Source: Octopus vulgaris (taxonomy: Eukaryota). From it: 64,000 nt of DNA. The position numbers and the translations under genes are program-made. This document shows, piece by piece, positions 28,178 to 41,922 of the stretch. The notes under the pieces were generated by a model. It made no database searches, was not told the DNA's origin, and saw only the letters and a program-made list of their open reading frames with translations. The stretch is taken from NCBI GenBank assembly GCA_951406725.2, contig OX597818.1, positions 139,252,001 to 139,316,000 on the forward strand, in the 5' to 3' direction. Each line of letters starts with the position of its first letter. Position 1 is the first letter of the stretch.

Positions 28178-28374
28178 GCAATTCCCCCCCCCCTTTTTTT
28201 AAACCTCCCTTTTTTTTGTCCTCTTTCTCTCCTTTTACGATCCCTTTTGATCGAAACTCCCCCTTCCGTTTTTTTTTTTTTTTTTTTTCTTTCTTTCTTA
28301 AACCTTCAAAAGAAAAGCTCTACCTTGTAATTTGTTCTATCTGTGTGCAGCCCTGTGTGGCTAATAAAGAAACA

Positions 28375-28375
<1 letters not shown>
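28178..28375 (+). mobile_element. 5'-truncated retroposon 3' end (probably Tx1/L1-clade 3' UTR) in (TCTA)n
   Basis: Pyrimidine-rich UTR ending AGCCCTGTGTGGCTAATAAAGAAACAT. Second copy at 36703-36894. Both lie between TCTA repeats. No coding part is present, so the clade is inferred. Confidence 0.6.
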
Positions 28376-28447
<72 letters not shown>

Positions 28448-28889
28448 GTCTATCTATCTGTCTCTTTCTCTCTATCCATCTGTCTATCTGTCTGACCATC
28501 TGTCTATGTCTCTCAGGCTGTCTGTGAGTCTATCTCTCTGTCTTTCTGTTCATCTATCTATCTGTTTATCTAGCCGTATTTTCGCCTGTCTATATACGTA
28601 TGCACTTATGTATGTAGGTATCTACCAGTTTATATAGCTTACGTGCCTAATTTAATGCTTAAACATATACACGCGTATATATATATAAGTGTGGTGACCA
28701 AATGAGGTTTATTTTTCAACATAGTCCCCCTTGCAGTCCCCACACTTATTCCATTGGTGTTACATTACTTGGATGTCATTGGCAAATAAGCTTTCATACT
28801 GTTGGTAAAAAAAAATCACATATGACGTCATCAACACCAAATATGAAGTCATCCTCAATGCGATGCTGGTTCCCAGCCAAATGATTTTT

Positions 28890-29268
28890 CAAGAAAATAG
28901 AGGAGATGTAATCAACTAGTTGAAAATGATAGTCACACACAGCAACCAAGGACCTGTGTGCTGGAGTATTGCCCAGATGAAACGAGTCTTCTGTCAGTTT
29001 TCCTGGGCGTTTGGTCTTGATGGCCTTTCATAACTGCCTCCGCAACTTGGCATAGTACACTCCATTGACGGTGTGGCCCTTTTGAAAATCCATAAGCACA
29101 ATGCCTTTTGCATCTCCAAAAATTCAGCTACCATCTTCTCTGCAGATGAAACGATTTTGGCTTTCTTTGGAACTGGTGAAACTAGGGTATTTCCACCGCA
29201 CGGGTTGTCTCTGTCACTGAGTTAAACTTGTGAACCCAACACTCACCCTGGGTTAGGAAACGTTCAAG
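28890..29268 (-). pseudogene. Decayed mariner transposase, catalytic region
   Basis: FLTQGECWVHKF..PVPKKAKIVSSAEKMVA..DAKGIVLMDF..GHTVNGVYYAKL..AIKTKRPGKL..NTPAHRS. Confidence 0.85.
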
Positions 29269-29269
29269 G

Positions 29270-29445
29270 TTTAGTTCCCAAGGACATACATGCTGACATG
29301 CTTGCTACATTAGGTGATGACGCTGCAGTGCCGTCAACTGTGCAAAAATGGGCAGATGAATTTAGGAGGGTAAGGGAGAGTGTTGAAGATGACCCAAGAT
29401 CTGAACGTTATGCAACTGCCACCACCGAGGAAAATATTGACCGAA
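29270..29445 (+). pseudogene. Mariner transposase N-terminal HTH fragment, inverted relative to the catalytic part
   Basis: DIHADMLATLGDDAAVPSTVQKWADEFRRVRESVEDDPRSERYATATTEENIDR. Confidence 0.8.
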
Positions 29446-30992
29446 GATTATAGTTTATTGTGAAGTAGTATTGGGAGCTGATGATTCAATTACTAAAGAT
29501 TGCATCGAGTTTGCTAAAAATTCTGTTGGAAGAAATACAGTGTTGCTTGGTCATGAATTAAAAATTTCCTTGAAATCTTTAAAAACGTCGCGTGATACAT
29601 ATTTGTATCGCCTTGTTATACATTATAAATAAATAAAGAAAAAGTTGTCTTTTGGTAACATATCAGGTCCTCCCATAAGTTCCGTCCGATTTTATCTTTT
29701 TTAAAATTGAATGAAATTTACTAGTATTTTAGAATGTCTAATAGAATTTTGGATTCCCACGTTTTCAGTACTGTTATTGTTTGCCGCAATCTTTAAACGT
29801 GACTTTTTGCGACAAATTTTTTTGTACGATAACAATTTTTATAATGTAAAGGCCAACCCTGAGAGGAAACTAAAAACATTCCGAGCCAAATTCGGACCTG
29901 CAATCCTGAAATATTGGATTCCTATGTTTTCATTCCTACGATTGTTTTCGGCGAATTTTTTGCATGATTTTTTTGTGACGTATAAGATCATGATTGGGAT
30001 AGGAGTTTGGAGGAAACAATTGCAACAAATTCTCCATAACAAGTCAGAGATCTGTTTGGAGATCTTCCTATTCGGAGTCAGTTGCTTAAAAGCTATATAC
30101 TAGATTAAAAGCTGTCCGATATATATAATGGGCTACTTTCCGTTTCTGCCTACAGAATCCACGTACAAGGTATTAAACGGCTCGGGGCTAGAGTAGAAAA
30201 TCGTCCAAGGTTCCACGTAGTGGGGTTGAAACCAGAACTATGATTTTGGGAAGTAAATTTCTTACCCCACAGCTATGCCTGCGCCAAGATATATCATATA
30301 AACGTATGCATACACATACGCGTACAAACTTAGAGAACAAAGTGTGTGTGTGTGTGTGTGAGACAGAGAGAGAGAGAGTGAGGGGAAAAAAAGAAAGAGA
30401 GGGGGAAAGTAAGGGAGAGAAGGAGATGGGAAAGATGGATAGAATCTGAGAGAATTGGCAGAAGAGAAAAAGAGGAAGTAAAATAAGCAAAGTAAAGCGG
30501 TTTAAAGAAAAATAATATTAAGTAAGCATATAAAAAAAAAAGCAATATTTTGATGACATAATCAAAAATAGCTGAAAGCATAAAACTGAGGAAAATATTG
30601 TCAGAAGCCAAGGAAATGTATGATAAACATTGGAAGATCGTTGGTCTATTGAAAACGGATTATGAAGATCTTCCAAAAAATAATTCCATGAAGAATTTGC
30701 GTGTGAGCGTGTGTGTGTGTGTGTGTGTGCGCGCGAGTGTGTGTTGTGCGTGTTTGTTTGTTTGTTCGTTTGTTTGTGTGTGTGTGTGTTTGTGTGTGTA
30801 TGTGTGTGTGTGTGTAGTGCGCACGCGTATGGATAGGGATGTATATCTGAATATATATATAAGATACACACAGACACCCGTATATATAGAAACGTATACA
30901 CGCACACGCACACACACACATAAATATAAATATAAATACACACACACACCTGCATATATATACATATATATGCATACATATATATATATATA

Positions 30993-31054
<62 letters not shown>

Positions 31055-31225
31055 TATATATGGACATATCTATCTATCATTATATATTATATACATATAC
31101 GTGCATGCATCTATATGTAGGTGTGTGTATGTATGTAGCACACGCATATGTATATATACATACATATATATACATATATATATATATATTTACATTGTAT
31201 AGAGGGCATTATTACACATAAATAT

Positions 31226-31275
<50 letters not shown>

Positions 31276-31389
31276 TATATATATACATACATACACAAAT
31301 ATTTATGTACAGGTATATATATATACATATATATATATATACATATATGCATATATAGGTACATCTATGCGCGCGCACACACACATATA

Positions 31390-31421
<32 letters not shown>

Positions 31422-31766
31422 GTTGTGTGTTTTTTCTATGTCTGTGTATGTATATATGTGTATGTGTATATGTTGTGTATTTAGTATTTATTTAGTACAC
31501 AATAGGACTTCATGTTTTGTTGAACGTCTTGTCTTGTTCAACAGTGAATTTTCTATCAATGGTTCAGATTTTATGATTTTATTCATTAAATATTTTTTCC
31601 ACGACGAAACTTGGTGTTTACATATGATCGTATCAACAGTTATTAATAGACGAGCTAAGACTATTTATTTTCTAGTTGAAAGCCGAGGTGATAAGTTTGT
31701 ACGTTTATGTGTGTTTAAGCATTTGTATTTGAAGTGGTGGAATTCTGGTTTAAGCATACTATATAA

Positions 31767-32361
31767 TCCTTTATAATTTATTTATTTTTGGGAATTTTCA
31801 GAAAATTTTTGCGTATTTGTATTTTCCATACTGGAATTCACCCGATAATGCAAAAAAATTGCATTTCATTTAAGGGAAAATTAGCTGTGGTTTTTAGCAC
31901 ATCTCCCGACCATCTGATACCCTTCACTTTTCTTTGTCACTGACATGTTTTCCAATATTTCCGATGTTTTTCAATGCTTTTGTCTCTGTAATCATTTAAT
32001 GGAACGATGATTCACCCAAGAGTGGTCCTTAGCTGGGATTTAAACAAAAGAATTCCGACTGTCTCTGTATTTTAAACTCTGATTTTAAAAACAAAATTGG
32101 AAAAAGAGTGAAACTTTTAGGATTTATGGAGTGGGAGAGGTGGAGAACACAATTTTTTTTTCATAGTCGTATATGGATTCCCGTGTATAGAAAACAAATT
32201 CCAACAATCTCTCCCTCCTCCAGCTGACAGTTTTTTGTACTTTTTCGCGACGGAAAATGCACCTCTTGTGGCATTTATAACGAAATTACTTTATTATATC
32301 AGAGTAATAAGGCGTTTCAATAGAACATCTTTACCCCCAGAATTACCGGGTACACCAGCTA

Positions 32362-32362
<1 letters not shown>
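31767..32362 (+). mobile_element. Probable non-autonomous Helitron (3' end clear, 5' end uncertain)
   Basis: CCCCAGAATTACCGGG-TACACCAG-CTAG|T followed by (TA)n. Confidence 0.4.
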
Positions 32363-32421
<59 letters not shown>

Positions 32422-32759
32422 TATATATTTTTTAATATACTGCCACGCTTTTTGATGGAATCCTTTTCTGTAGAGAAAGGGACTTCATCCTATATTGTTA
32501 GTATATATATATATATATACATATACGTGGTCTGATCAATAAGTATCCGGACTACATTATTTACACACAGTTACAGATTTGAACAGATGTACATTTACAC
32601 TTAGAAGTACATTTTATATTTCAATAATGATTGGTGGACTAGAAAATCTGAATATATTAATTTCTTTATAGCTATCGGCTCATTTCACTCTGTTCAGGTA
32701 AGTGACCTATTTGGATGATGTACCTTATTTGAATTACATTAAAAATATTCCAAACCTCG

Positions 32760-33150
32760 GAGGTGAATTATCTCCTGAAGATTCTTCTGGTGACGAATAC
32801 TATCTACAGTCTAACTGAATTAGAAATACTAAGAAAATCCCTACAAAAATGTTTTAGAAATCATATTTAATCTGTTACCTTTGACAAAATGATTAAAATT
32901 GTAAATTTTCTCGATGTGAACCTTGATTTAAATTCCAGTCTTTATTATCCTTATCATAAATTTAATTAAATTCTACATATATAAATAAAATATCCAATCA
33001 CCCTAGATCCAGTATAGATATTTTAGTTAGGCATATTTCAATTAGAAGTTTTAATTTTTCTGCTAATGAAAGAACATTTAAAGGTACCTCAAGCGTATTA
33101 TATCGAAAATCTAGCATGAGGTGGATATGTAAAAAGAAAATACAAACACA
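32760..33150 (+). pseudogene. Penelope-like reverse transcriptase fragment
   Basis: KIVNFLDVNLDLNSSLYYPYHK...INKISNHP...VRHISIRSFNFSANE, matching PLE RT C-terminal/thumb motifs. Confidence 0.65.
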
Positions 33151-33409
33151 CTACTAAAGATAAACTGCGACTTAATTTAATAAGCCTAGCTATATTAATA
33201 CGATTTCTAATGATAAAATTACGAACAACAAGCTTAAAATTTACCGCGACAAATATCAATAGACAACTCGACTGTAATCGTACTAAAAATGAAAATACGG
33301 TATCGGAAAGATCTAACAATAGAAGTTATATTCTGCCTAGTAATACATACAATCATTTACCGAATAATCCAATAAATGATATTAGAAATCACTCTAAATT
33401 TAAATATAA

Positions 33410-33550
33410 ATTTCTTCACTACCCACAAGGGGCTCAACACAGAGAGGACAAACAAGGACAGACAAACGGATTAAGTCGATTATAACGACCCCAGTGCGTA
33501 ACTGGTACTTATTTAATCGACCCCGAAAGGATGAAAGGCAAAGTCGACCT
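33410..33550 (-). mobile_element. SINE family B, 5'-truncated
   Basis: Body and tail only. Confidence 0.85.
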
Positions 33551-33554
33551 TTTG

Positions 33555-33780
33555 CGTGAGATGGGCTACTCAACCCGAAGAAAATTAACTGGGACCCACC
33601 TGCAAGTGCACGCGCTGTTTATCGTGATATGAGATTACCATGTCACACACATATGGTTGCAGTGCATGTGTCTAGTGTACCCTTATGAGACGGGTAGTCA
33701 TGATGAGTATACTGGGCTTCGTATATTTTACCCTAGTATCACTTTGATGGCATGCACTGCTCTCTCACTCAATAATAATA
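33555..33780 (+). mobile_element. Probable retroposon 3' UTR with (AAT)n tail
   Basis: Higher-GC segment ending CTCTCTCACTC(AAT)3. Confidence 0.35.
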
Positions 33781-33821
33781 GTTGCAATAATGGCTGTAAT
33801 AATATTAATAATGGTCATAAT

Positions 33822-33862
<41 letters not shown>

Positions 33863-33899
33863 TGTTAAAACTATGAAAATGATAAAATGCAGCATAGAT

Positions 33900-34640
33900 A
33901 ATTATTTTTATTAAGTATAGAATGGAGAGGATAAAATAGACGGAAACAAAAAAATTCTAATATCAAGGGTAACGCTATTTTAACTGTTTCTAAGAATTCT
34001 TCCTTGCAAAACCTGGATAAAAATTCGATGTAATCATTGAGTCGAAGAAAATTGCCCACTTAAAGGTCACTGCAAATGTTATCATGTAGTTTATAAACGA
34101 ACTGTTAAAAACAGTTCTGCTTATATCAAAAATGGTTATTACATTGCCATTCATTTTCCAAGAATACCTCAAAGGACTCTACTTCTCTCCCTAAATATAT
34201 TTTCAGCTTGAAAACCAAAAGCATTTCTCAGACTAGGAATAGATCATATGAAAACCTGCAAGACCTTATCAAAGCGGACAAAAAGAAATTGCCGAATATA
34301 TAAGTGTGAGGTTTCAGAGAATATTAAAGCTGATCAACGTTCTTTAGTTAATTCTGAACACAAGATCATTGTGAAGTGTGGCATTTTAAACTGTTTTCTC
34401 TTCTCTAAATATACTCAACAACGAGAGAAAAATATTAAAATATTCCATTTTGTTTTTCAGAATGAAGAAAGAAAATCATCAACCACAAAGGGCAAAAGAA
34501 AAATGCTTTACAAATATTCTCAGTTCGAAGCTAAGCCAAAAATAGTCCTTTATACAGATTACACAATAACACGTGTGATTGAAAAGTTGTATATAGCGAA
34601 AGCGCTTAAAATATACGCAAACCTCTTTCGAAAAGATTTG
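33900..34640 (-). pseudogene. Possible very old hAT (Buster/Charlie-like) transposase fossil
   Basis: Weak motif echoes only (ELRIF, YIEFLSRFCKEEFLETVKIALPLILEF). Confidence 0.25.
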
Positions 34641-34824
34641 TAACATTCTGATTTTTAAGTGGTTTATTTTTTAAATAAAATATTTCTTAAATTGTGTCTG
34701 TATTAAGAATTCTTTCTAAAACCATTTAAAACTATATATTTGTATATATGCCTATATTCCCTTAAACATTTGTGTGTTTATTTATATAATAAAGTCTAAT
34801 AATATCAATGTATCAACTATGTAT

Positions 34825-34869
<45 letters not shown>

Positions 34870-34992
34870 TATATACACATGCATATTTATTTGTTGGTTT
34901 CTTTCTATATGTAGATATATAGTTATATTTCTATACTTTGATATATATTTGTATATGTATTATATGTGTGAGTGTGTGAGTGTATGTATGTG

Positions 34993-35029
<37 letters not shown>

Positions 35030-35745
35030 GTGCGTGTGTGTGTGTGTGTGTATGTGTGTGTGTGTGTGTGTGTACGTTTCAGTCGGTCTCTTTTGTATTC
35101 AGACAGAAATGGTTTCTGATTATCAGACGGTATTCTCGATGATTTCGGATAAACATCACTTCAAATAAATTTAATATAAATTAATTATGATTTTAAATTA
35201 CGTAATTATGATATTAATAATTTTCATTCCTAATGAAACGGTTGTTCAACGTAATCAGATTACGAAGCACTTTCGTTTAACGTCTGAGAATTTATGTACC
35301 TACTGCAGCCTCAGCTCATGCCGGTGCATTATCAGCCACACTATACCTGATCCTACCAAGCCCCGAGTCAGAAGGTCTTTGTGCCATCAACATTGGCATA
35401 TGACCAGTGGAGGCCGCTTGTATGATGAACAAACAGCATAAGTCTTGACCTGGCCAGATGAAAACGGCAACGACCTCCCATTATTACGAAAGTGATGTCT
35501 TTGGTCACTTTCATGCTTGACCATTTTAGGATAAACCCAGTTCAATCCATTTTTTAGCCAGTTGGAGATTCTGCCTAAATCGTCTCCAGCATCACAACAG
35601 AGACGCCGGTCCGGTACCTTACGATACTGGTTGTTATGATGTTGCCTCCCACGCTCTTCTCTTGTTTAATGAGGGGTTTTGCTAGTACTGCATATTCCTT
35701 CGGTGTGGTATCAATCACCGCAGATTCCTTAAAAACTAATACCCA

Positions 35746-36144
35746 TTTCTTTACTACCCACAAGGAACTAAGCACAGAGGAGACAAACAATGACAGACAA
35801 ACGGATTAAGTCGATTACATCAACCCCAGTGCGTAACTGGTACTTAATTTATCGACCCCGAAAGGATGAAAGGCAAAGTCGAACTCAGAACGTAACGGCA
35901 GACGAAATACCTATTTCTTTATTACCCACAAGGAACTAAGCACAGAGAGGACAAACAACGACAGACAAACGGATTAAGTCGATTACATCAACCCCAGTGC
36001 GTAACTGGTACTTATTTAATCGACCCCGAAAGGATGAAAGGCAAAGTCAACCTCGGCGTAATTTGAAATCAGAACGTACCAGCAGACGAAATACGGCTAC
36101 GCATTTCGCCCGGCGTGCTAACGCTTCTGCCAGCTCGCCGCCTT
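35746..36144 (-). mobile_element. SINE family B dimer (full copy plus headless second body)
   Basis: Tail AAAGAAATA is joined at 35911/35912 to the internal GGTATTTCGTCTGCC of a second body. Confidence 0.85.
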
Positions 36145-36353
36145 CTGTCGACAATATTCATCCAGCGACTTATTTCAAGCGTGATGTTTCTCAACAACCT
36201 CAGATTCTGCAGTAATGATTCGATAGCCAATGTGTTATATTTCTCGGTTTACGTACATTTGTCTATGTTGTATTCGTTCATTGAGTTCCCGTTCAAATTA
36301 TTTCTTTCAATTAATATTCTTAATTAATATTACTCCCTAAAATCAAATTTTTT

Positions 36354-36453
<100 letters not shown>

Positions 36454-36455
36454 GC

Positions 36456-36685
36456 AGGCGGCGAGCTGGCAGACACGTTAGCGCGCCGGGCGAAATGCTT
36501 AGCGGTAATTCGTCTGTCGTTACGTTCTAAGTTCAAATTCCGGCGAGGTCAACTTTGCCGTTCATCTCTTCCTGGTCGATAAATAAAGTCCCAGTTACGC
36601 CCTGGGGTCGATGTAATCGAATTAATCCCTTTGTCTGTCCTCGTGTGTCCCTCTATGTTTAGCCCCTTGTGGGCAGTAAAGAAAT
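36456..36685 (+). mobile_element. SINE family B inserted in (TCTA)n
   Basis: Full copy flanked by TCTA repeats. Confidence 0.9.
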
Positions 36686-36702
36686 CTATCTATCTATCTA
36701 TC

Positions 36703-36893
36703 CTCTCCCCTTTTCTTTTTTTTCTCCCCACCTTTTTTTTAAAAATATTCCCCCTTTTTTTTTGTCCTCTTTCTTTCCTTTTACGATCCCTTTTGATCGA
36801 AAACCAACCCCCATTTTTTTACCCTTAAAAGAAAAGCTCTACCTTGTAATTTGTTCTGTCTGTGTGCAGCCCTGTGTGGCTAATAAAGAAACA

Positions 36894-36894
<1 letters not shown>
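36703..36894 (+). mobile_element. 5'-truncated retroposon 3' end in (TCTA)n (copy 2)
   Basis: Matches 28178-28375. Confidence 0.6.
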
Positions 36895-36958
<64 letters not shown>

Positions 36959-36959
36959 G

Positions 36960-37018
<59 letters not shown>

Positions 37019-38104
37019 GTCTATCTGTCTATCTATCTATCTATCTGTTTATCTATCTATCTATCTATCTGTTTATCTATCTGTCTGTCTGTCTATCTAT
37101 CAGTCTGTTAGTCTGCTTGCCTGTCTGTCTGCGTGGGTTTACTTCTCTCTATCTCCCTCCCTCCCTCCCGCTCTCCCATATCTTTTATTCTTACTATCTA
37201 TATGTCCAACATGTTTACTTTTTGTTTATTTATATACACTTTGTTGTCTCCTTGTGTATATTTATATGTATTTGTGAGTGTGTATGTGTGCGCATGCGTG
37301 AGTATGAATTTGTGTGAGTTGGCTTATCTTTCCGTTATTTATTGTGTCTTTTTCCCCACCTCTCTTTATGACTTTCTTCTTTCTTTTCTTTCATTCATTT
37401 TCAGCAATTTGATAGCTTCTTGGGATTTCAGTTCCTTTGAACATTCAAGCCGCTTCATCTTCAAAGACTGTGCCACAATTGGAATATTCCATAGAAATAC
37501 CACTATGTCCGCCTGGCTGTTTCACTGTCTGTCTGTCTGTCTCTCTCTGTGTCAGTCAGTCACTCTGTATAATCGTCTCTTACCTAACCCTCTTTTCTTC
37601 TTCCTCTTTCTCTATTCTTATTCTCTCACACCATTTCCCCTCTCCCATTCTATAAATTTACTCACTCACCACTGACATCCACTTCCCTCCTTCACTCCCT
37701 ATAAATCTACTCTCTTACCCTCTTACACCCTTCTGCCATCCTTCATTCTATCTTTCTCTATATCTCTTTTCGCACATTTTTCCAGTTTTTCTTTTTCCCT
37801 TTCATATCTTCCTTCAACAACCATATTCCTTTTCTGTCATTCTAGTACAAATCTTCCTTCAAAACGAAGCATTTTCTTTCTTCTTTCTTGCAGGATCAAA
37901 GTCAATTCTCTGATGATGTCTGACGCCCTATATTACCAAACAAAATCTTTTGCTGCTGTTTAATTTCGCCCTTTCGGTTTTTCTCTATTTTACTCTTATT
38001 CCTTTGATTTACTTAATATATTAAAAAAAAAACGTATCCTTTTATTTCTTTGTTTCTAAGAATAAGAAACAAAATTCTTTTTATTGACTTCTTCATATAT
38101 CTAT

Positions 38105-38340
38105 GCAGGATTGCAACATAGATTCTTCAACTGAGCCAAATGGCAGGAAAACCTAGGGGTAAACCAACAATACGATGGCTGGTTAATATTCATAGTCACA
38201 GTTCGTTACGCTTAACGATGAAGCGAGAAAGTATAATGACCATTTTTTCTGATTGAAACCTTTGGCTGAGATGCCCGAAGATATTATTCACCATCCATGA
38301 ACCTCGCAGGAATTAAGAGACGATAAAGATAGATGGATGG
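38105..38340 (+). mobile_element. RTE-clade LINE 3' fragment
   Basis: EPNGRKPRGKPTIRWLVNI resembles the RTE C-terminal G.R.RGRP..RW motif. Short GAT(A/G) tail. Confidence 0.5.
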
Positions 38341-38644
38341 GTTTATCTACTGATATCATATTTGGATACATAGTCAGGGTTTGTTTTCGGAATCATAGAG
38401 TTTTCGGATCTCGTAACGTATACTCTCGTACGAACGATCCAAACAAACTTCGTCTCACCTCACTTTGTGTCCAAGTAGCAGACTTCCAGAGTTTCCTATT
38501 TTCACCTGACCCAAACTGATACTTTCTCGGTATCGCCCACATTGTTAATATAAAGATAAAAGCCAAAAGTTGTGATTCGAAGCGAGTACGGTTTGTTAGC
38601 CTTTTCCACAGTTTTGCTAAGTATTTTAGGTAGCTATCTCACAC

Positions 38645-38951
38645 ATGACACGTCACATGACCGACCAGTCTATTAAAATGTAGTTACACATCGCTGGTCA
38701 CAATGCGTTCGCATTGTTTTAGCCTTCGGACGACGCCACCCCGCTGGCTAAGCGAACAGGCCAACAGAAGAAAGACTGGGAGAAAGAGTGGTGAAAGAGT
38801 ATAGCAGGGATCACCACCCCCTGCCGGAGCCTCGTGGAGCTTTTAGCTGTTTTCGCTCAATAAACACTCACAACGCCCAGTCTGGGAATCGAAACCGCGA
38901 TCCTACGACCGCGAGTCCGCTGCCCTAACCACTGGGCCATTGCGCCTCCAC
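38645..38951 (-). mobile_element. SINE family C, tail type 2
   Basis: Full copy with flanking repeat TTTAGGTAGCTAT. Confidence 0.9.
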
Positions 38952-39248
38952 TTTAGGTAGCTATGTAGTGGCTAGTAAACATAGATAAACTTCTCATTCT
39001 GAACCCTTCAACTAGCGGAACGTTAAGTATGAAAAATAGCACCATCAGTAGTTGGCTGGGACGCGTTTTCCATTGAATAGACTGAGGAGTTCTAACTCGA
39101 AGAATTACTCCGGGAAAAAATTGAATTCACAACTTTATGACGGTGACCCAATACACTAACCATTAGACTACGCCTCTCCATAATGTATACATGTATGTGC
39201 GTGAGTATTTCCTTTGTGCCTTATTTGTTTTTATTATTTGCAAGTATT

Positions 39249-39288
<40 letters not shown>

Positions 39289-39309
39289 CATACATATATA
39301 TATATATAC

Positions 39310-39342
<33 letters not shown>

Positions 39343-39441
39343 CATATATACACACACACACACACACATATATATATCTATATATATATACATACATATA
39401 TACATACATATATATATATATATATACATACATATATATAT

Positions 39442-39530
<89 letters not shown>

Positions 39531-39639
39531 AGTAATACTAAGCAATTAAGGGTTTAGCAACGAATTGCCTCACCACACACCGAATTTAGAAATAGCAGTC
39601 AAAGAGATATAGCTATTCCTTCTACTAAAAGGAGATCTC

Positions 39640-39702
<63 letters not shown>

Positions 39703-39726
39703 TATACACATATATATATATATATA

Positions 39727-39771
<45 letters not shown>

Positions 39772-40216
39772 GTGTGTTTGCATGTATTTATGTATGTATA
39801 TGTACATTTACACACGTGTATACATAGTTTATACACACACACGCGCACACGCACATATATAATACTTCCTTATAATAAAAAATAACAATAACGTGCAAAA
39901 GGAAAACAATTTATCGCCCTGCCGTCTTTTTTTTGTCACACATACACACCTACCCATACACCATACAGAACCCACCATAAACACTCGCCCTTCCCAACAA
40001 CACAAATGTATACACACAAACCCCCAACCATGAGACATCAAATAAAACCATGTCATTGACAGACAATAGTTAGGAGTGAAGTCGATAAAAGTCTGCTGGA
40101 ATATATGAAATGGTCTGTTGGTAGCGACATCTAGTGTTGGATTACAAACTACCGTCGACAGTTTAACGTCTTGACATCTGCTTATAAATGTGTAGTGTAT
40201 GTGTGTACGTACGTAC

Positions 40217-40247
<31 letters not shown>

Positions 40248-40529
40248 TGTATGTATGTATGTATGTATGTATGTATGTATGTATGTATGTATGTATGTAT
40301 GTATGTATGTATGTATGCATGTATGTATGTATGTATGTATGTATGTATGTATGTATGTATGTATCTATGTATGTATGTGTGTCTGTGTGTATGTATGTAT
40401 GTATGTACGTATGTAATATGTATATCTATATGTATGTAAGCATGTAATACTTGTGCGTATGTACTTATGCACACACACACACACAGACACAGACACACAC
40501 ACACACTTACCCCCGCACACCCATATATT

Positions 40530-40803
40530 CTTTTATTCTTCTGTTCTACTTGTTTCAGTCATTTTGACTACGACCATGTTGGAGCACCGCCTTAAAGGGT
40601 TTTTTAAATCGGAGAAATCGATACCAGGACTTATTCTTTATAAACCTAACTCTTATTTTATCCGTCTCTTTTGCCGAACCGCTAGGTTACGGGGGATGTA
40701 AAAACATCAGCATCGGTTGACATGCGATGGTGGAGGACAAGCACACACACACACACATACGACGGGCTTCTTTCAGCTTCCAACTACCAAACCCACCCAC
40801 AGG
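40530..40803 (-). mobile_element. SINE family A, older partial copy
   Basis: Diverged tail and body, head missing. Confidence 0.75.
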
Positions 40804-41092
40804 TAATTTTTTGTTCCCAACTTTGACTCTCCATAAATCCTAAATTTTATTGTAGAATTTATGGGAAGAACTGTCTTTGAAGACTCATATCGTCATTGAA
40901 TGCTCGAAATGAGGAGCAGATAGACAGCCGACAACTGACGAAGGGTCTTTCCTCAGAGTTTACTTGACCTGTTTTCCATCTTTTCTCATTGTTTACGTAT
41001 TTCCCTCGTTTTCTCCCCCTTTGTTTACGTATTTCATATTATTTGCACCGTTGGTGACGACCTGTACTCATATATGCATATATATATATCCA

Positions 41093-41385
41093 TGTCACCG
41101 TCACCGTGACCGACCAGGCTATCAGATGTTGTTACACATCGCTGGTCACAATGCGCTTCGCATTGTTTTAGCCTTCAAATGACACCACCCCGCTGGCTAA
41201 GCGAGCAGGCCAACAGAAGAAAGAGAGAACGTTGTGGCGAAAGAGTACAGCAGGGATCGCCACCACCCCCTGCCGGAGTCTCGTGGAGCTTTAGGTGTTT
41301 TCGCTCAATAAACACTCACAACGCCCGGTCTGGGAATCGAAACCGCGAGTCCGCTGCCCTAACCACTAGGCCATTGCACCTCCAC
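41093..41385 (-). mobile_element. SINE family C, tail type 2
   Basis: Family C head with a small deletion and a type 2 tail. Confidence 0.9.
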
Positions 41386-41789
41386 ATATATATATATAAT
41401 ATATATATTTCTGTTTGAGTTAGAGGTTGAGAAACCAACTAAGGGATAGTACCTTTCCAATATACTGCTGGTAGTGTACCCAATTTTTCATATCCAAGTG
41501 CTAGTTATTGCGTGGCAATCTTGCAATGGAGTGTTATATATGGGCGAGTGTAAAAAGTGGTTTACCCTTGATTTATACGGGAAATAAAACAGTGGAGAGG
41601 ATACAAAATGGACAGACATTAGCCGGTAAACATTCCAGTATGTCTACTTATTCTAATATATTAGATGAATACATACACATTTATTAGTAGTACAGAATAT
41701 CAAATATAAAGAATTTGGTAATTGCAAGAACAAGGGTGAGGAAGTCTATAATGATATAGGAACAGGTGATTAAATGAGTACATGAGTAC

Positions 41790-41922
41790 TAGTTTCTTAC
41801 GGCCGTTTCTGCTAAAAGGCAACGAAATCTTCCAAGTTGTCTCCATCTCTTCAGTGTTATGTAGGGATGAGCAGGTAAGACTTGGATAATGAATGTGTCT
41901 CTAGGCTTCGTCAGAGGGTCTA
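41790..41922 (-). ncRNA. Type I hammerhead ribozyme candidate with long stem II
   Basis: TAGACCCT-CTGACGA-[long stem including TCCAAGT/ACTTGGA]-GAAAC-GGCC-GTA-AGAAACTA. Confidence 0.55.

Noticed and set aside
29662-30120. Mariner-like TIR start and a 130-aa ORF
   Set aside because: No matching second TIR found and the ORF has no recognisable motif.
40870-40970. TTGAAGA..GAAA within CTGTCT/AGACAG plus a second CTGACGA
   Set aside because: Core and stems too degenerate to call, though possibly a dead Penelope-type remnant.
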